Below, piece by piece: positions 37,911 through 50,713 of a stretch of DNA of 64,000 nucleotides. The notes beneath the pieces are model-generated. The model saw nothing but the letters and a program-made list of their open reading frames with translations, searched no databases and was not told the DNA's origin. Numbering within the stretch: the first letter of the stretch is position 1; the number at the start of each line of letters is the position of its first letter. The stretch spans positions 32,116,001-32,180,000 of the forward strand of contig NC_043000.1 of the NCBI RefSeq assembly GCF_006345805.1, written 5' to 3'. A program made the position numbers and the translations under genes. The DNA is from Octopus sinensis. Its lineage: Eukaryota.

Positions 37911-39185
37911 CCTCCTCCTCCTCCAGGCATCATTTAATGTCCATGTCATCCCATGCCGGCATGGGTTGGACACTTTGACAGGATCAGATAAATCCAAGGA
38001 CTGCATCATGCTCGAATGTCTGTTTTGGCAAGGTTTCTACAACTCAATGCCCTTCCTAACACCAACCATTATCCATCAAGTACTGGATGCTTTTTTTTTT
38101 TCTTTGTCGCACCAGAGAAGTCAGCCTACAGCTTGCATGGAGAAGATATTCTTTGACTGAGTAAGGTAACAGTAGAAAGAAAGGCGATGAGGAGGAGATG
38201 AGGGGTTAAAATATGAGAGAAGGGAATCAAAACAGAATAAGTTTCTTGATGAAGAGGAACTACAAGGCTACTCATATACTAGAAAGGAATGGAAAGAGAT
38301 AAAAAATAAGGGTGATGTGGCATGAGGGTGGAGCCTCAGGGTATATAGTGGGTAGAAGTGAGTTTGGTTGGATAGGGGTTGCAAGAGTGGAAGGGAAGAA
38401 GGGCTTAGGAGGGGAATGTAATGATGAATGTCTGTGTGTACACAAAAACACATCTGTATGAGAGGCTGCTGTATAGTCTCCATTTACAAAATGTGGAGGG
38501 GGTTACATTGAGAGGTGGGTAGGGGAGTAGGTTGGTAGATATGTAGATGGGTGAGTAGACAGACAAACAGACAGATAAATTCAACATTAAGAATGAATCT
38601 CAAGAGACATGAACCAAAATCTATTGATACATCAGCCAAAGATTGTCTTGAAGCACTACTGCTTGCTCGAAGAAGTAAAACAAATATTGGTCTGTAATTT
38701 AGAGATTCAAGTCAAAGTACAAGAGTGGAAAAAATTCTTAATTAAACAAGGTGATGCCAGAACCATTTCGGTGCTTTATACTCTTCTCTTGATATCTTCA
38801 AGAGCTGACAGGATTCAACAAAAATATTCCCATCGGTGCTAGTTATGGCCATAAACTGGTAATCTGCATGTTGAGAGAATTTCTCATATTCTTGGCCAAT
38901 TCTCCACAATGTATACACACACACATACATATATACATGTGTCTCTGTGTGTGTGTGTGTATGTGTGCATACATATGTATATAAATATATGTCTACACAC
39001 ACACATATATACCGATATTTTCTTTCAGTTGACTCATACAACTCAAGAACACAGCAATTCCAAAATTAATTAATCCATTCCTTCATTAACAGCCTGAACT
39101 AATTAATCCCTTCCTTTATTAACTTCTAACACCATCAAATATATTTGATCTAATCTTTGTTTTTCGACATTAAAGTTCAACATAG

Positions 39186-39245
<60 letters not shown>

Positions 39246-39502
39246 TTGAGGTCTTTGCAACAAAGAAAATATTTTCTCTCTCAATAAGATATGAATCACT
39301 TAAATAGACCCAACACCACCACCATCATCATTGTCGTTGTCAACAATGCTACTTTTCCAGGTTTCTGCAGATCAGAACAGACTATGTCGGAGCAGAGTTC
39401 TTCCATGGCCACATGTCCTTCTCGATGCCAACCAACAACCATTTCCCAGCAAAGTAATTACATTGGTCAACAGAGTTAAATGTATTATAATTATTATGAA
39501 TG

Positions 39503-41556
39503 CACTCCAACTTTTTTACACTAATTTTTCACGTTGATTTCAAAATTTCACCCCATTTGTATGCGGCACACATTAATTACCCATTAGATACATGCAAATA
39601 TTTACATATTTGTATTTATATGAAAGCATTAACATCATGAACAAGGACATATTATTTTTAGAAAGTAAATGAGTTTATTGAGTTAAAAATCATTACTATC
39701 ATTCTACAAAGAGTGAATACACAAAAAATGGTTCAGACAAAACAAAGAACAACAGTTAGAAACATTGGGATTTCGATTTCCTGCTGTGTTCCTGATCTGG
39801 TTGATCACAGTAAAGTGTCAAGCACTAGTCAACCAGCATATTGTCATTCCAGAAGCCTTGGTACCATTTCTCCAGAGCCCTAACGTCCTGGTGAAATCTT
39901 TCACCATGTTCATCAGACACTACTCCAAAGTTATCTGTGAAGAAATCCGGATGGGAGTCCAAAAAGTGAACTTTTAGTGACATGCGACACCCCATTGCTG
40001 AGTAGTATTTCAGAAGATTCTTGATGAAATCCTCGTAGTCCATTGCCTTCTTGTTGCCCAAGAAATCCTCACAGATCCAATTGAAAGTATTCCCGGCAGG
40101 TAGTTCCAGTTCATCCAGTGTTGTCTTGAAACTGGCATCTTTGAGTACTTTTCTAATTCAGGGTCCAACAAAGACACTCTCTTTCAACTTCACCTGTGTG
40201 ATGTTGGGAAACTTTTCTACAATATATTCAAACCCTCTGCCATTTCTCTTCCCTAGTGTCTTTACAAACATTTTCATCAGTCCAAGCTTTATATGCAAAG
40301 GAGGAAATAGGACATTACATGAGGTGTATTCTTGACTCTCCACAGTCCTGGCTGATATGATGATCTCGGCTGCCAGTTTGAATCCAAATAATGTCTGTCA
40401 GTTGCCCGTCTATCCCATAGACACAAGAAACAACAGTATTTTGTGAAACCTGACTGCATTCCCATTAACATTCCATTGACTTTTAAATCTCATATTTTCC
40501 ATGGGTGTCTTTCATGAGTAATGGTATGAAGTAAAAGTTGCATATTCTCATATGATTCATGAAGATGAGCAGAGTGTGCAATATGAACAGAGGGTTTCAA
40601 ATTACCATTATGGAGAAGTACAGCTTTTAAAATTCGTTTTGAAGAGTCAATAAACAAATGCCACTCTGCAAGATCATGATTTGGTGATAAACATTCGAAA
40701 AGTCCAATGATGTTCCTGCAATACCATCATCTGGTGGAACTGGAATTTGCAGACTTCTATTGTGAGCCACATAAGCCATTTGAGCAAGCTGAGCAGATAA
40801 AATATGGTGCCCATAACTTGTCCTCTTATCCGAGAGGACAGTCAAAGTGTAGCTAATAAATCTTTTTGATCTCAGGTGTTATTGTGTGTTTTTGAGCTTT
40901 CACAATAAATTGTCTACAGACATAAAACACATCAGGATGATTTCTACACTGTCTTGGCATTGTTGACATTTTAAAACAAGTCAGGAAATAGATACAAACG
41001 GTTATACTTATATTGAAATATTTCATCAGACCAATTATGACTGGACAGTTTTAGACGTTGAAATACCTATTTCATCAGACAAAACTTGATTGGTTAATTT
41101 AAGATGATGGAATATTGCATCTGAACTATGCAGCGATGAATAACGTAGTTTATTTTAAAGGTGTTTCCATGATGTAAATGAAATACATGCATACATGTCA
41201 CTAATTGGAATTTCTATAAAATGCCAGCCTCTTCTAGCCCCTGTGCCGGTGGCATTTAAAAAAAGCACCCACTACACTCACGGAGTGGTTGGTGTTAGGA
41301 AGGGCATCCAGCTGTAGAAACACTGCCAAATCAGACTATAGCCTGGTGCAGCCTTTTGGCTTCCCAGACTCCAGTCGAACTGTCCAACCCATGCCAGCAT
41401 GGAAGACAGACGTTTAATGATGATGATGATGATGATGCATGAGCTAAAACCAAAAAACTTTCTCATCTTGAAAACTGTACGTGATGTCAAAAACCTAATT
41501 GTATATTTGAAATCAACATTAAAAACTACAGCAAGCGGAGCTTGACATGTGCAGTG
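39503..41556 (-). mobile_element. Chapaev3-like (CMC) DNA transposon, decayed transposase ~39770-40960
   Basis: MPRQCRNHPDVF, GMQSGFTKYCCFLCLWD, MSLKVHFLDSH...SDEHGERFHQD; CAC...GTG ends with shared subterminal gttgatttcaaa. Interrupted by an RTE tail at 41235-41437. Family name from recall of these motifs. Confidence 0.75.
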
Positions 41557-41627
41557 TTCACCTTCAGTCTATCACAGTCAAATTACATCCTACCATCCAA
41601 CATAAGAGCAAAACAAATGTTAGATAA

Positions 41628-41812
41628 TCATCATCATCATCGTTTAATGTCCGTTTTCCGTGCTAGCATGGGTTGGACGGTTCGACCAGGGTCTGGGAAC
41701 CCAGGAGGCTGCACCAGGCTCCAGTCTGATCTGGCAGTGTTGTTACAGCTGGATGCCCTTCCTAATGCCAACCACTCCGTGAGTGTAGTGGGTGCTTTTT
41801 ATGTGCCACCGA
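41628..41812 (-). mobile_element. RTE 3' tail copy
   Basis: Matches the tail of 58550-61451. Confidence 0.9.
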
Positions 41813-43005
41813 AGTTTGTAAAGTGGTCAATACTGACCCCTGGAAGTCTATGTAGCTATCCAATGGGTCCATAAACCCCTGAAATGATTTCAAGCATAAA
41901 GAAGACAGATTTATTAGTGAAGTGGATCTGAAAGAGTGTCAGTAATTTATAGCTAAAACTCACAACTTTCCAGCCAAATATGAATGCAATATTAACTCGA
42001 ATTCAACCAAACATTTCACATTAAATATTCCAGCTGTATCCTTAATACAATATATCACTGAATTTTTATTGTCTTTCATCAATTGCGTTAAATATTTTCA
42101 TTAAATTTCTTTAAATATTTCTTATGAGAAAGTGATAACGACACAAAAGAATGAAGGAATTTGTTGATTTTAAATCAAGAAATTTTCTATTAATTATACT
42201 TTTTAATTTTATTTTAGAAATTTACATGAAGTGGGAAGGGGGGTGATTCCATGAAGGGGGTCAATGGCATGAAAATTTTGTTGATCCCCAATGTTATTCT
42301 ACATATACACAAGAAATATAACACATGGGATGGCCATGGGTGGAATATACATGTATTTGAACTTACTGAGTTGAGCTGAAGCTACGTAACATTCCTATCA
42401 AGAAAGACATACAGCCTTCAGGCATAGTCATTCTTACCTATATTTAATAGAAGCCATCAATCAGATCAATCACTCATCAATCAGATCAATGATGCATCTG
42501 TCCTCTTTATAACATTTCCTCTCTGATTGCACATGATTATCTTTCTCTCTCTAAAATTACTCTAACCAACTTGATTCCCTAAAACTTATGACAAATTTTT
42601 TTTTTTAAAAACCTGAATCCCTTCTAGTTCTCTCTACTCATACTGTATTTCTGCCCTTGCCCTCTAATACTCCCTTTCTTATCACCAATATTTCAAACTT
42701 TCTATTAACTCTATCATTCTACTTCTAGAACCTTATGCCTTTTATCATCTTTTAACGTGATAGAAATCTTCCATTGACATTTTAATGGCAGTGTATAAAT
42801 AGCAGAAATCATATCCAATTATAACAAAAAAAATAATAAATTTTTTTTAAATAACACAAAAAGCTGTGAAAATCCATGTCTACCTGTCGGTAGTTATTTC
42901 GATAACTAGAAGCGGAGAAATATAGAGAGAAATTACATATATAAATAACCTTGACAACAAGCAAACTATCATTCTATATTGACATACACACACATATACA
43001 TACAT

Positions 43006-43046
<41 letters not shown>

Positions 43047-43423
43047 CTATATTGACATACACACACACATATACATACATTATATATATATATATATATA
43101 TAGTTCTATATTGGCATGCACACACACACATATACATACATTATATATATATGTATATATATATATAATGCGTTGTCTATATATGTATATATACATATAT
43201 GTGTATACATTTCATATGTATATTATATATATGTGTACATATATACATGTGTGTGTGTGTGCATTGATACAGTTAAACAGTATGTCTGAGATATTAAATA
43301 AACTAACAACTTGTTAGTAATCAATGAAACAAAAACAACTCAGATCTCTAAAGATAGCAGCATTAAATGGTTTGGCTGATATTTATAGAAAAACTAGTAT
43401 AACTAATAACTGTTATGTATTGA

Positions 43424-43457
<34 letters not shown>

Positions 43458-43893
43458 CATTATTATTATTATTATTTCAAGCAATTGCCAACAACTCCAG
43501 ATATTTTCATACCCATTGATCGATTTTACAAGAGACCTAGAGGAGGTAATAAGGTCAACCGAAGCTGGCCACCTGGAGTCTATTTAATTACAAAACCTAA
43601 CGCTAAAACAAACCATTCCAAATAAATCATAGAATCAATAATGAGTTAAGGAACTGGATTGTTCTGCAACCGAACATTCAGTTGTCAAATTCTTCTCCTT
43701 ATTACATTGCACTTTTACACATGGAACCTTATTAAGTTTGTTCCGGTCAATATTGCCGACCATTTATCAATTGCTGTCTTTTAGCCGGGCAGTTTTCTCA
43801 AACAGTTTGTGTAATTCTTGAAATAAAAAAAAAAATTTGTTAGATCTAAATGTAAAGAGAATACATACACGAAATGGATGCAAAACTGGATGC

Positions 43894-44107
43894 TACATCG
43901 AAGAGGCCAGGGAACAGAAGAAAGAAGACATGCACTCAACACCAGAGCTGAAGACACCTCCAAAAAGGGGGGGGGGGCGCCACGTCAAAACGGTAGAGGA
44001 GTAGGGACCAAAACCGGACGTGGTTCCTCCTGATGATGTCTTGAGCTAACTGGATCCTATAAAGGAGCTGTTGTGGTAGCAGACCATGAAACATGGTTGT
44101 AATTCCT
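43894..44107 (+). mobile_element. Non-coding interspersed repeat with hammerhead-like cores, copy 2
   Basis: Copy of 19406-19602 with a poly-A/poly-G insert. Confidence 0.7.
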
Positions 44108-44208
44108 CCTTTTAAAAAATAATGTTTGACATTAGAAAGTTTATGCAGAGTTTACCACATGACTTGATAATTTTTTCCCAGAAGAGCAGAATGTTTGATT
44201 ATCTTTTG

Positions 44209-44520
44209 TTTCAGTCTATGGCCATACTGGAGCACTGCCTTGAAGGATTTAGTCAAACAAATTGACCCCATGATTTGCTTAGGTATTTCTTAAGTCTGGT
44301 ACTAATGCTATTGGTTTCAGTCTGTGGCCATACTGGAGCACTGCCTTGAAGGATTTAGTCAAACAAATTGACCCCATGATTTGTTTAGGTATTTCTTAAG
44401 TCTTGTACTAATGCTATTGGTCTCTTTTTGCCAAACCACTAAGTTGCAGAAATATAAACAAACGAACATTGGTCGTTAAGTGGGGGAGAGAGACGAACAG
44501 ACACTTCTCTACCAACACAC
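44209..44520 (-). mobile_element. Family-A SINE tail with a 106-bp internal tandem duplication
   Basis: 44209-44314 repeated at 44315-44420. Confidence 0.75.
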
Positions 44521-45169
44521 ACGCATACACAAACAGAGAGCTACCAAAGTATGCTGTGATTGTACTTCTCTCCCACCCATTTACTACAATAATCACCCTG
44601 TTTCTAACCTCATGCTCTTCACCCTCTTCTTACCCTAGTTCTTCTGCTCTCCCTCCTTTTCACACTCTTGATCACATTGTCTGGCATCATCACCATATCA
44701 CACAGTATTGAGAACTCTCTACTCTAAACAATACACAAAGCAACTTCTCGAATGGCTGTCACCACAATAAAACACACCCAGTAAACTGTGTAAAGTGAAA
44801 GATGACAGAAAGGGCTTCCAATCAAACAAACCAAGCCAAACATGTACAAGCAAGACATTACCCTCAGCCAAACAAGAACTGATCAACACCATGATGACCT
44901 CTCAAAGCCAGGGAAAGCAAATTCACATCCTCCTCGTTATAAAAATTATATATATTCTTTTATTCTTTCATTCTTTTACTTGGTTCAGTCATTTCACTGC
45001 AGCCATGCTAGAGCACTGCCTTTAGTCAAACAAATCAACCCCAGGAACTATTCTTTGTAAGCCTAGTACTTATTTTATCAGTCTCTTTTGCCAAACTGCT
45101 AAGTTACAGGGATGTAAACACACCATGTATCGCCAAAGGACTTGGTTGCCTGACACAACCTCCATGAGG

Positions 45170-46270
45170 CCCAACACTCAGTCCATTTTATGTGCCACTG
45201 TCACAGGTGCCAGTCAGACGGCACTGGCATTGACCATGATTATGATTTCACTCGGTTCAACATGTCTTCACAAGCACAGCATATTGCCCAATGTTTGAAG
45301 GGTGCTTTAACAGGGTTAGTTATGTAACACTTGCATCATCCATGACTACAATCTCACTTGGTTTGACAGATCTTCTCAAGCACAGCATATTGCCAAAGGC
45401 CTCTGTTGCTTGTCATTGTCACCATGAGACACAATGTTCAAAGATCATGCTTCACCACCTCGTCCCATATCTTCCTGGGTCTATGCTGTTCTTGTCCATA
45501 CACATCACATGACCATACCAGTGCAGTTGTCTCTCTTGCACACCATATCTGATGCTTCTTATGTCCAACTTTTCTCTCAGGATGCTTACACTCTGTTGTG
45601 CATGCACACTGACATTGCACGTCCAGCGAAGCATGCTAGCTTCATTTCTTTCAAGCCTATGCGTGTCCTCAGCCGTCACAGCAGTGAAACATGAGCTGTG
45701 ATGGCTGAGTACATGCATAGGCTTGTAAGAAATGAAGTTAGTATTCTTCGCTGGATATGCAATGTCAGTGTGCATGCACAATCTGAGTGAGAGGCCCTTT
45801 CACTCTGAGCAAGAGGCCCTTTGTTACCAGCAAAGGTAGGAGCTCTGCGAACTTTGCCTAGCCTATTCTTATCCTTACAGTTATGCTCTCAGAGCATCAA
45901 TCTCGCTATTGGCTTGGTCACCTAGGTAATGGAAGCTATCTACTATTTCTGGCTTACCCCACTGGCTGTTGACGGAGTCTCTTTTCTGTACAGTTTCGAT
46001 GTTTACTGTACTTGTGACCTTTCCACACACAAAAACTATTTTCCCAGTTAACCTTCCTCTGATATTGCTGCACCTCTTATGTGTCCATAGCTTACACTGG
46101 GTACATCTTATAGAGTTTCTACCTAGACCCTTTCTACAGATCAAGTAGGGCCATCTACCTGAAGGGGTTTGCGATTTGTCTGCTCTCTGCCTTACTAAGT
46201 TTTTGGATTTTGTTAAATTAACTCTAGACCTTGCTTCCATACCTGAAACTTCTCTACGGTAGTTTTTATG
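45170..46270 (-). mobile_element. Two adjacent RTE fragments; the first ends in an 86-bp fold-back
   Basis: RLERNEASMLRWTCNVSVH; GRWPYLICRKGLGRNSIRCTQCKLWTHKRC. Confidence 0.85.
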
Positions 46271-46722
46271 GTAGACAGACAGGAGGTTAAAACACAAGAT
46301 AGAAATAAGGGTTACAGAGATATAGAAGGGGCATGTGTTTATGATCATAGGAGTATGCATGTGGGTGCTATTCATTGGGGGTGAGCTTAAGTTTAGATTT
46401 ATGAAAGAATTTAAAAGTGCAAAAGAATTTGTGCTTACACATAGTGACGGAATATCCCATACTTTGGGATATCCCAGAAACAGGTGTAAGATTTTGAATT
46501 TCTTCCTATAATATTGTATATGACTTGAGATGTTCACCTTACCTTAATGTTTGATGTTCTGTTTAACAATTATATATATATATAAATTTATACATATTAT
46601 ATATAAATTTATATGTAAATCATATATAAATTATATATATTATACATAAATTATATATAAATTATATATAAATTTATATATACTATATATAAATTTATAT
46701 ATATTATATATAAATTTATATA

Positions 46723-49352
46723 TCATCATCATTATCATTGTTTAACGTCAGCTTTCCATGCTAGCATGGGTTGGACGATTTTGACTGAGGTCATGTGAAC
46801 CAGATGGCTGTGCTAGGCTCCAATCTGATCCGACAGAGTTTCTACAGCTGGATTCCCTTCCTAACGCCAACCACTCCGAGAGTGTAGTGGGTGCTTTTAT
46901 GTGCAACAGGCATGGGGGCCAGTCAGGCGGTACTGGCAACGACCTTGCTTGAATCTTTTTACACATGCCACTGGCACAGGTGCCAGTAAGGCAATTCTGG
47001 TAATGATCACACTCGAATGGTGCCTTTTACATGCCACTGGCACAGAAGCCAGTTAGCCGCTTTGGCAACGATCACGCTCGGATGGTGCTCTTAGCACCCT
47101 ACTAGCACGGGGCCCAAGTGCCAGTAAGGCGACGCTGGTAATGATAACACTCAAATGGTGCCTTTTATATGCCACTGGCATGGAAGTCGGTCAGCCACTC
47201 TGTCAACAATCACACTCGTATGGTGCTCTTTGCACCCCACTAGCACAGATGCCAGTCATCAAATTTGATTTTGATTTCACTTGCCTCAACAGATCTTCGC
47301 AAGCAGAGTTTAGTGTCCAAAGAAGGAAAAGATACGCATAAGTGGGCTGGTTACACTCCTGGCATAGGCCACGAGGTTATGGTCTCATTTGGCATGCCAG
47401 GTCTTCTCAAGCACATCCTATTTCCAAAAGTCTCGGTCACTAGTCATTTCCTTGGTGAGGCCTAATGTTCGAAGGTCGTGCTTCACCACATCATCCCAGA
47501 TCTTCCTGGGCCTACCTCTTCCACAGGTTCCCTCAACTTTTTCACACAGCTATCCTCATCCATTCTCACCACATGACCATACCAGCACAGTCGTCTCTCT
47601 TGCACACCACATCTGATGCTTCTTAGGTCCAACTTTTCTCTCAAGGTACTTACACTCTGTCGAGTATGCACACTAACATTACATATCCAGTGGAGCATAC
47701 GGGCTTCATTCCTTGTGAGCTTACGCATTCTCAGCAGTCACAGCCCATGTTTCACTGCCATGTAGCATGGCTGCTCACACACATGCATCATACAGTCTAC
47801 CGTTTACTCTGAGTGAGAGGCCCTTTGTCACCAGCAGAGGTAAGAGTTCCCTGAACTTTGCCCAGGCTATTCTTATTCTAGTAGCTACACTTTCAGTGCA
47901 CCCTCCCCTGCTACTGACTTGGTCACCTAGGTAACGGAAGCTATCAGCTACTTCTAGTTTTTCTCCCTGGAATGTGGCGGAAGTTGTTCTCTGCACATTA
48001 TCAGTGTTATTTATTGCTCCTGAGCATCTGCCACATACAAAAACTATCCTCCCAGTTAGCCTTCCTTTGATATTGCTGCACCTCTTATGTGTCCATAGCT
48101 TACACTGGGTGCATCTTATGGAGTTTTTACCTATGCCTTTTCACAGATTGAGCAGGGCCATCTACCTGAAGGCATTTCTGGTTTGTATGCCTTCCTACTT
48201 ATTAGGACTTTGGTTTTAGCTAGGTTGACTCTAAGGCCCTTCGATTCTAATCCTTGTTTCCATACTTGAAACTTCTCCTCTAGTTTTGATAGTCACTCAG
48301 CAATAAGAGCAAGGTCGTCAGCACAGAGGAGCTCCCAGGAGCATCCTGTCTTGAATTCTTCTGTTATTACCTGGAGGACTATGATAAATAGGAGGGGGCT
48401 AAGGACTGAACCTTGGTGAACCCCTACCTCTATCCAGAATTCTTCACTGTACTCATTGCCAACCCTCATCTTACTGACAGCATCCCTGCACATGGCTTGC
48501 ACAGCTCTTACTAACCATTCATCTATCCCTAGTTTCCTCATTGACCACCAGATAAGGGATCGGGGGACCCTGTCAAAGGCTTTCTCCATATCAATGAAAG
48601 CTAGATACAGAGGTTTATCTTTGGCTAGGTATTTCTCCTGCAGCTGTCTTACCAGAAATATAGCATCAGTGGTGCTTTTCCCTGGCACAAACCCAAACTG
48701 CATCTTATCTAAACTGACTCTCTCCCTAATTAGTTGGCTATGACTCTCTCCGTGACCTTCATTACCTGATCCAAAAACTTGATACCTCTGTAAATATTTG
48801 TATCTAAAGTGTCACCTTTACCTTTGTAGCAGTTGACTATGGTGCTGCTACACCAGTCATTGGGTAGGACTCCTTCATGTATCACCTGGTTAACTATACA
48901 GGTGACTAGGCTATAGCCAACACCGCCAGATATTTTGAGCATCTCTGCAGTGATTTCTGATGGGCCAGGGGCTTTCCCTGCCTTCATATCCTTAATTGCT
49001 TTATCTACCAAGGCACTGTCAATTCGGATAGCTGACCCCTCTGTGGGGTTGACATATGGCAGACTCTCTTTCTCCCATTCAATTTCTTTATTCAGCAACC
49101 TTTCATAGAGGCGTCTCCAAACATCTCCCTTTGCAGCCTCGTTTAGTGCAAGTGGACCATCATCCATGCAGGCACATTTCTCTCCTATGACATCATGATT
49201 CTCTCTCACACACTGTCTTGCAACACGAAATACCTCAAGCTTTTGGTCCTCATGGCACAGAACATTGGCAAATTTTTTCTTATCTGCTTCCCCTCTGGCT
49301 AAATAAATCTGTCTCCTAGCTTCCCTTCTGGCAGTCTGATACAATTCCCTGC
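46723..49352 (-). mobile_element. Long 5'-truncated RTE LINE (RT domain, inactive CADD, frameshifts)
   Basis: KAPGPSEIT, YRGIKFLDQVMKV, QFGFVPGKSTTDAIF, GVHQGSVLSPLLF, ELLCADDLALIAE; 3' UTR and (GAT)n tail. Confidence 0.95.
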
Positions 49353-50675
49353 AGAGGGCGGGAATACTGCGAACAAGCAAATTTAGACAAGAGCATCTTC
49401 TGGATATGTATTTCTCCGGTAGAGGTATAAAAAAAAAAAAATCGAGTGGGGGAATCCGAGTGTGTACACTAGTTTATACAGGGTGGTGGTGGTGGTGGTG
49501 GTGGTGGTGGAGGAAGTCTTGGCAAAGCAAGTGGTAATCGAAAAAGAGAGAGAGAGAGACAAACAGAGAGAGGCTGAGAAAGAGACAGACAGACAGACAG
49601 AAAGTGTAGAATCTGCTTCCTGTTAAATAACTCAGATGTGTGCGAATGCACATACATACACACTCATCTATATACACATACAAATATATATATACCTACG
49701 TATCCCTTGTACACAATTCAAATAATCTCTTCTTAGTCAAAATGGTAATCTATTCAATGTGCATGTATAATTGTGTTTATATATGTGTGTGTGTGTGCAC
49801 ATATATATGTGTGCGTGTGTGTGTGTGTATGTGTATATATATAAATGCTTACATTTATATATATGTATATGTGGATGCATGCCTTCATTATGATGTAACA
49901 ATTAACTGCTATATTCTACGTCAGAGAATAAATTATTCGTTATCTGATAGGAAAGGAGAAATTGTATAATTATTTTTTTAATTAGAAATACAGCCTTCAG
50001 GCAATCAAAATTAAGTGACTCCACTAACGATGACAACAATGATACATCGTTAGTAGTGAATGGGATACAGAATTGAGGTGAGAAGAATCGAAAATCTGGA
50101 ACACCTTTGTCAGACAAACATTAAACAATGTCAGCAAATATTGGTAACAGTTGATTCCTCTCCCTTGCATCCTGGTCTTCTTCATATTTTGGCAGACAGG
50201 AAAGAAAGTGGACAGGCGAAGTGAGGATGGGGGAGGAGTTGTTTTGTTTTCTTTTTTGACAACAGGAGGCTGAAATAAGTTCTTGGAGAGTGGGTCTAAC
50301 AGATGGTATTGCCAGGAATGTATAACAAGAAAATTTTTTCAATAATAAAACTAGTTTCTGGAGACAAATAATGCTAATAATAAATAATATAGAAGTAGAG
50401 AGAGAGAGAGGAAGGACTTTGACAGAATCATACAGGAGAGACAGAGAGGCATAGACAGAGAGAGAGAGATACACACAGACAAAACAGAGAGCAAGTGAGT
50501 GAGAGAGAGAGAGAGGGGGGGAGAAACTGAGAGACAGCAACAGAAAGAGACATACAGACAGATAAAGAGGCAAAGACAGTGTGTGAGAGAGAAAGACTGA
50601 TAGAAAGATAGATAAGGAAAGAGAGAGAGGGGGTAAGCAGGAAGAGAGAGAGAGAGAAAGAGAGAGAGGCAAGCA

Positions 50676-50713
<38 letters not shown>

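Noticed and set aside
38742-38800. KAPKWFWHHLV, resembling SNX14 VPDWLHHLL
   Set aside because: Wrong position in gene order (that segment must lie upstream of 62082), followed by a stop, and no splice sites.
41964-42057. Possible 94-nt SNX14 cassette exon (cag...gtgagt)
   Set aside because: Length is not a multiple of three, so it shifts frame, and there is no SNX14 similarity; a poison exon cannot be excluded.
45881-46537. 218-aa minus-strand ORF
   Set aside because: Chance read-through from unique DNA into an RTE fragment.
46543-46558. Possible 16-nt micro-exon with a strong gtaagg donor
   Set aside because: Frameshifting, with a weak polypyrimidine tract.
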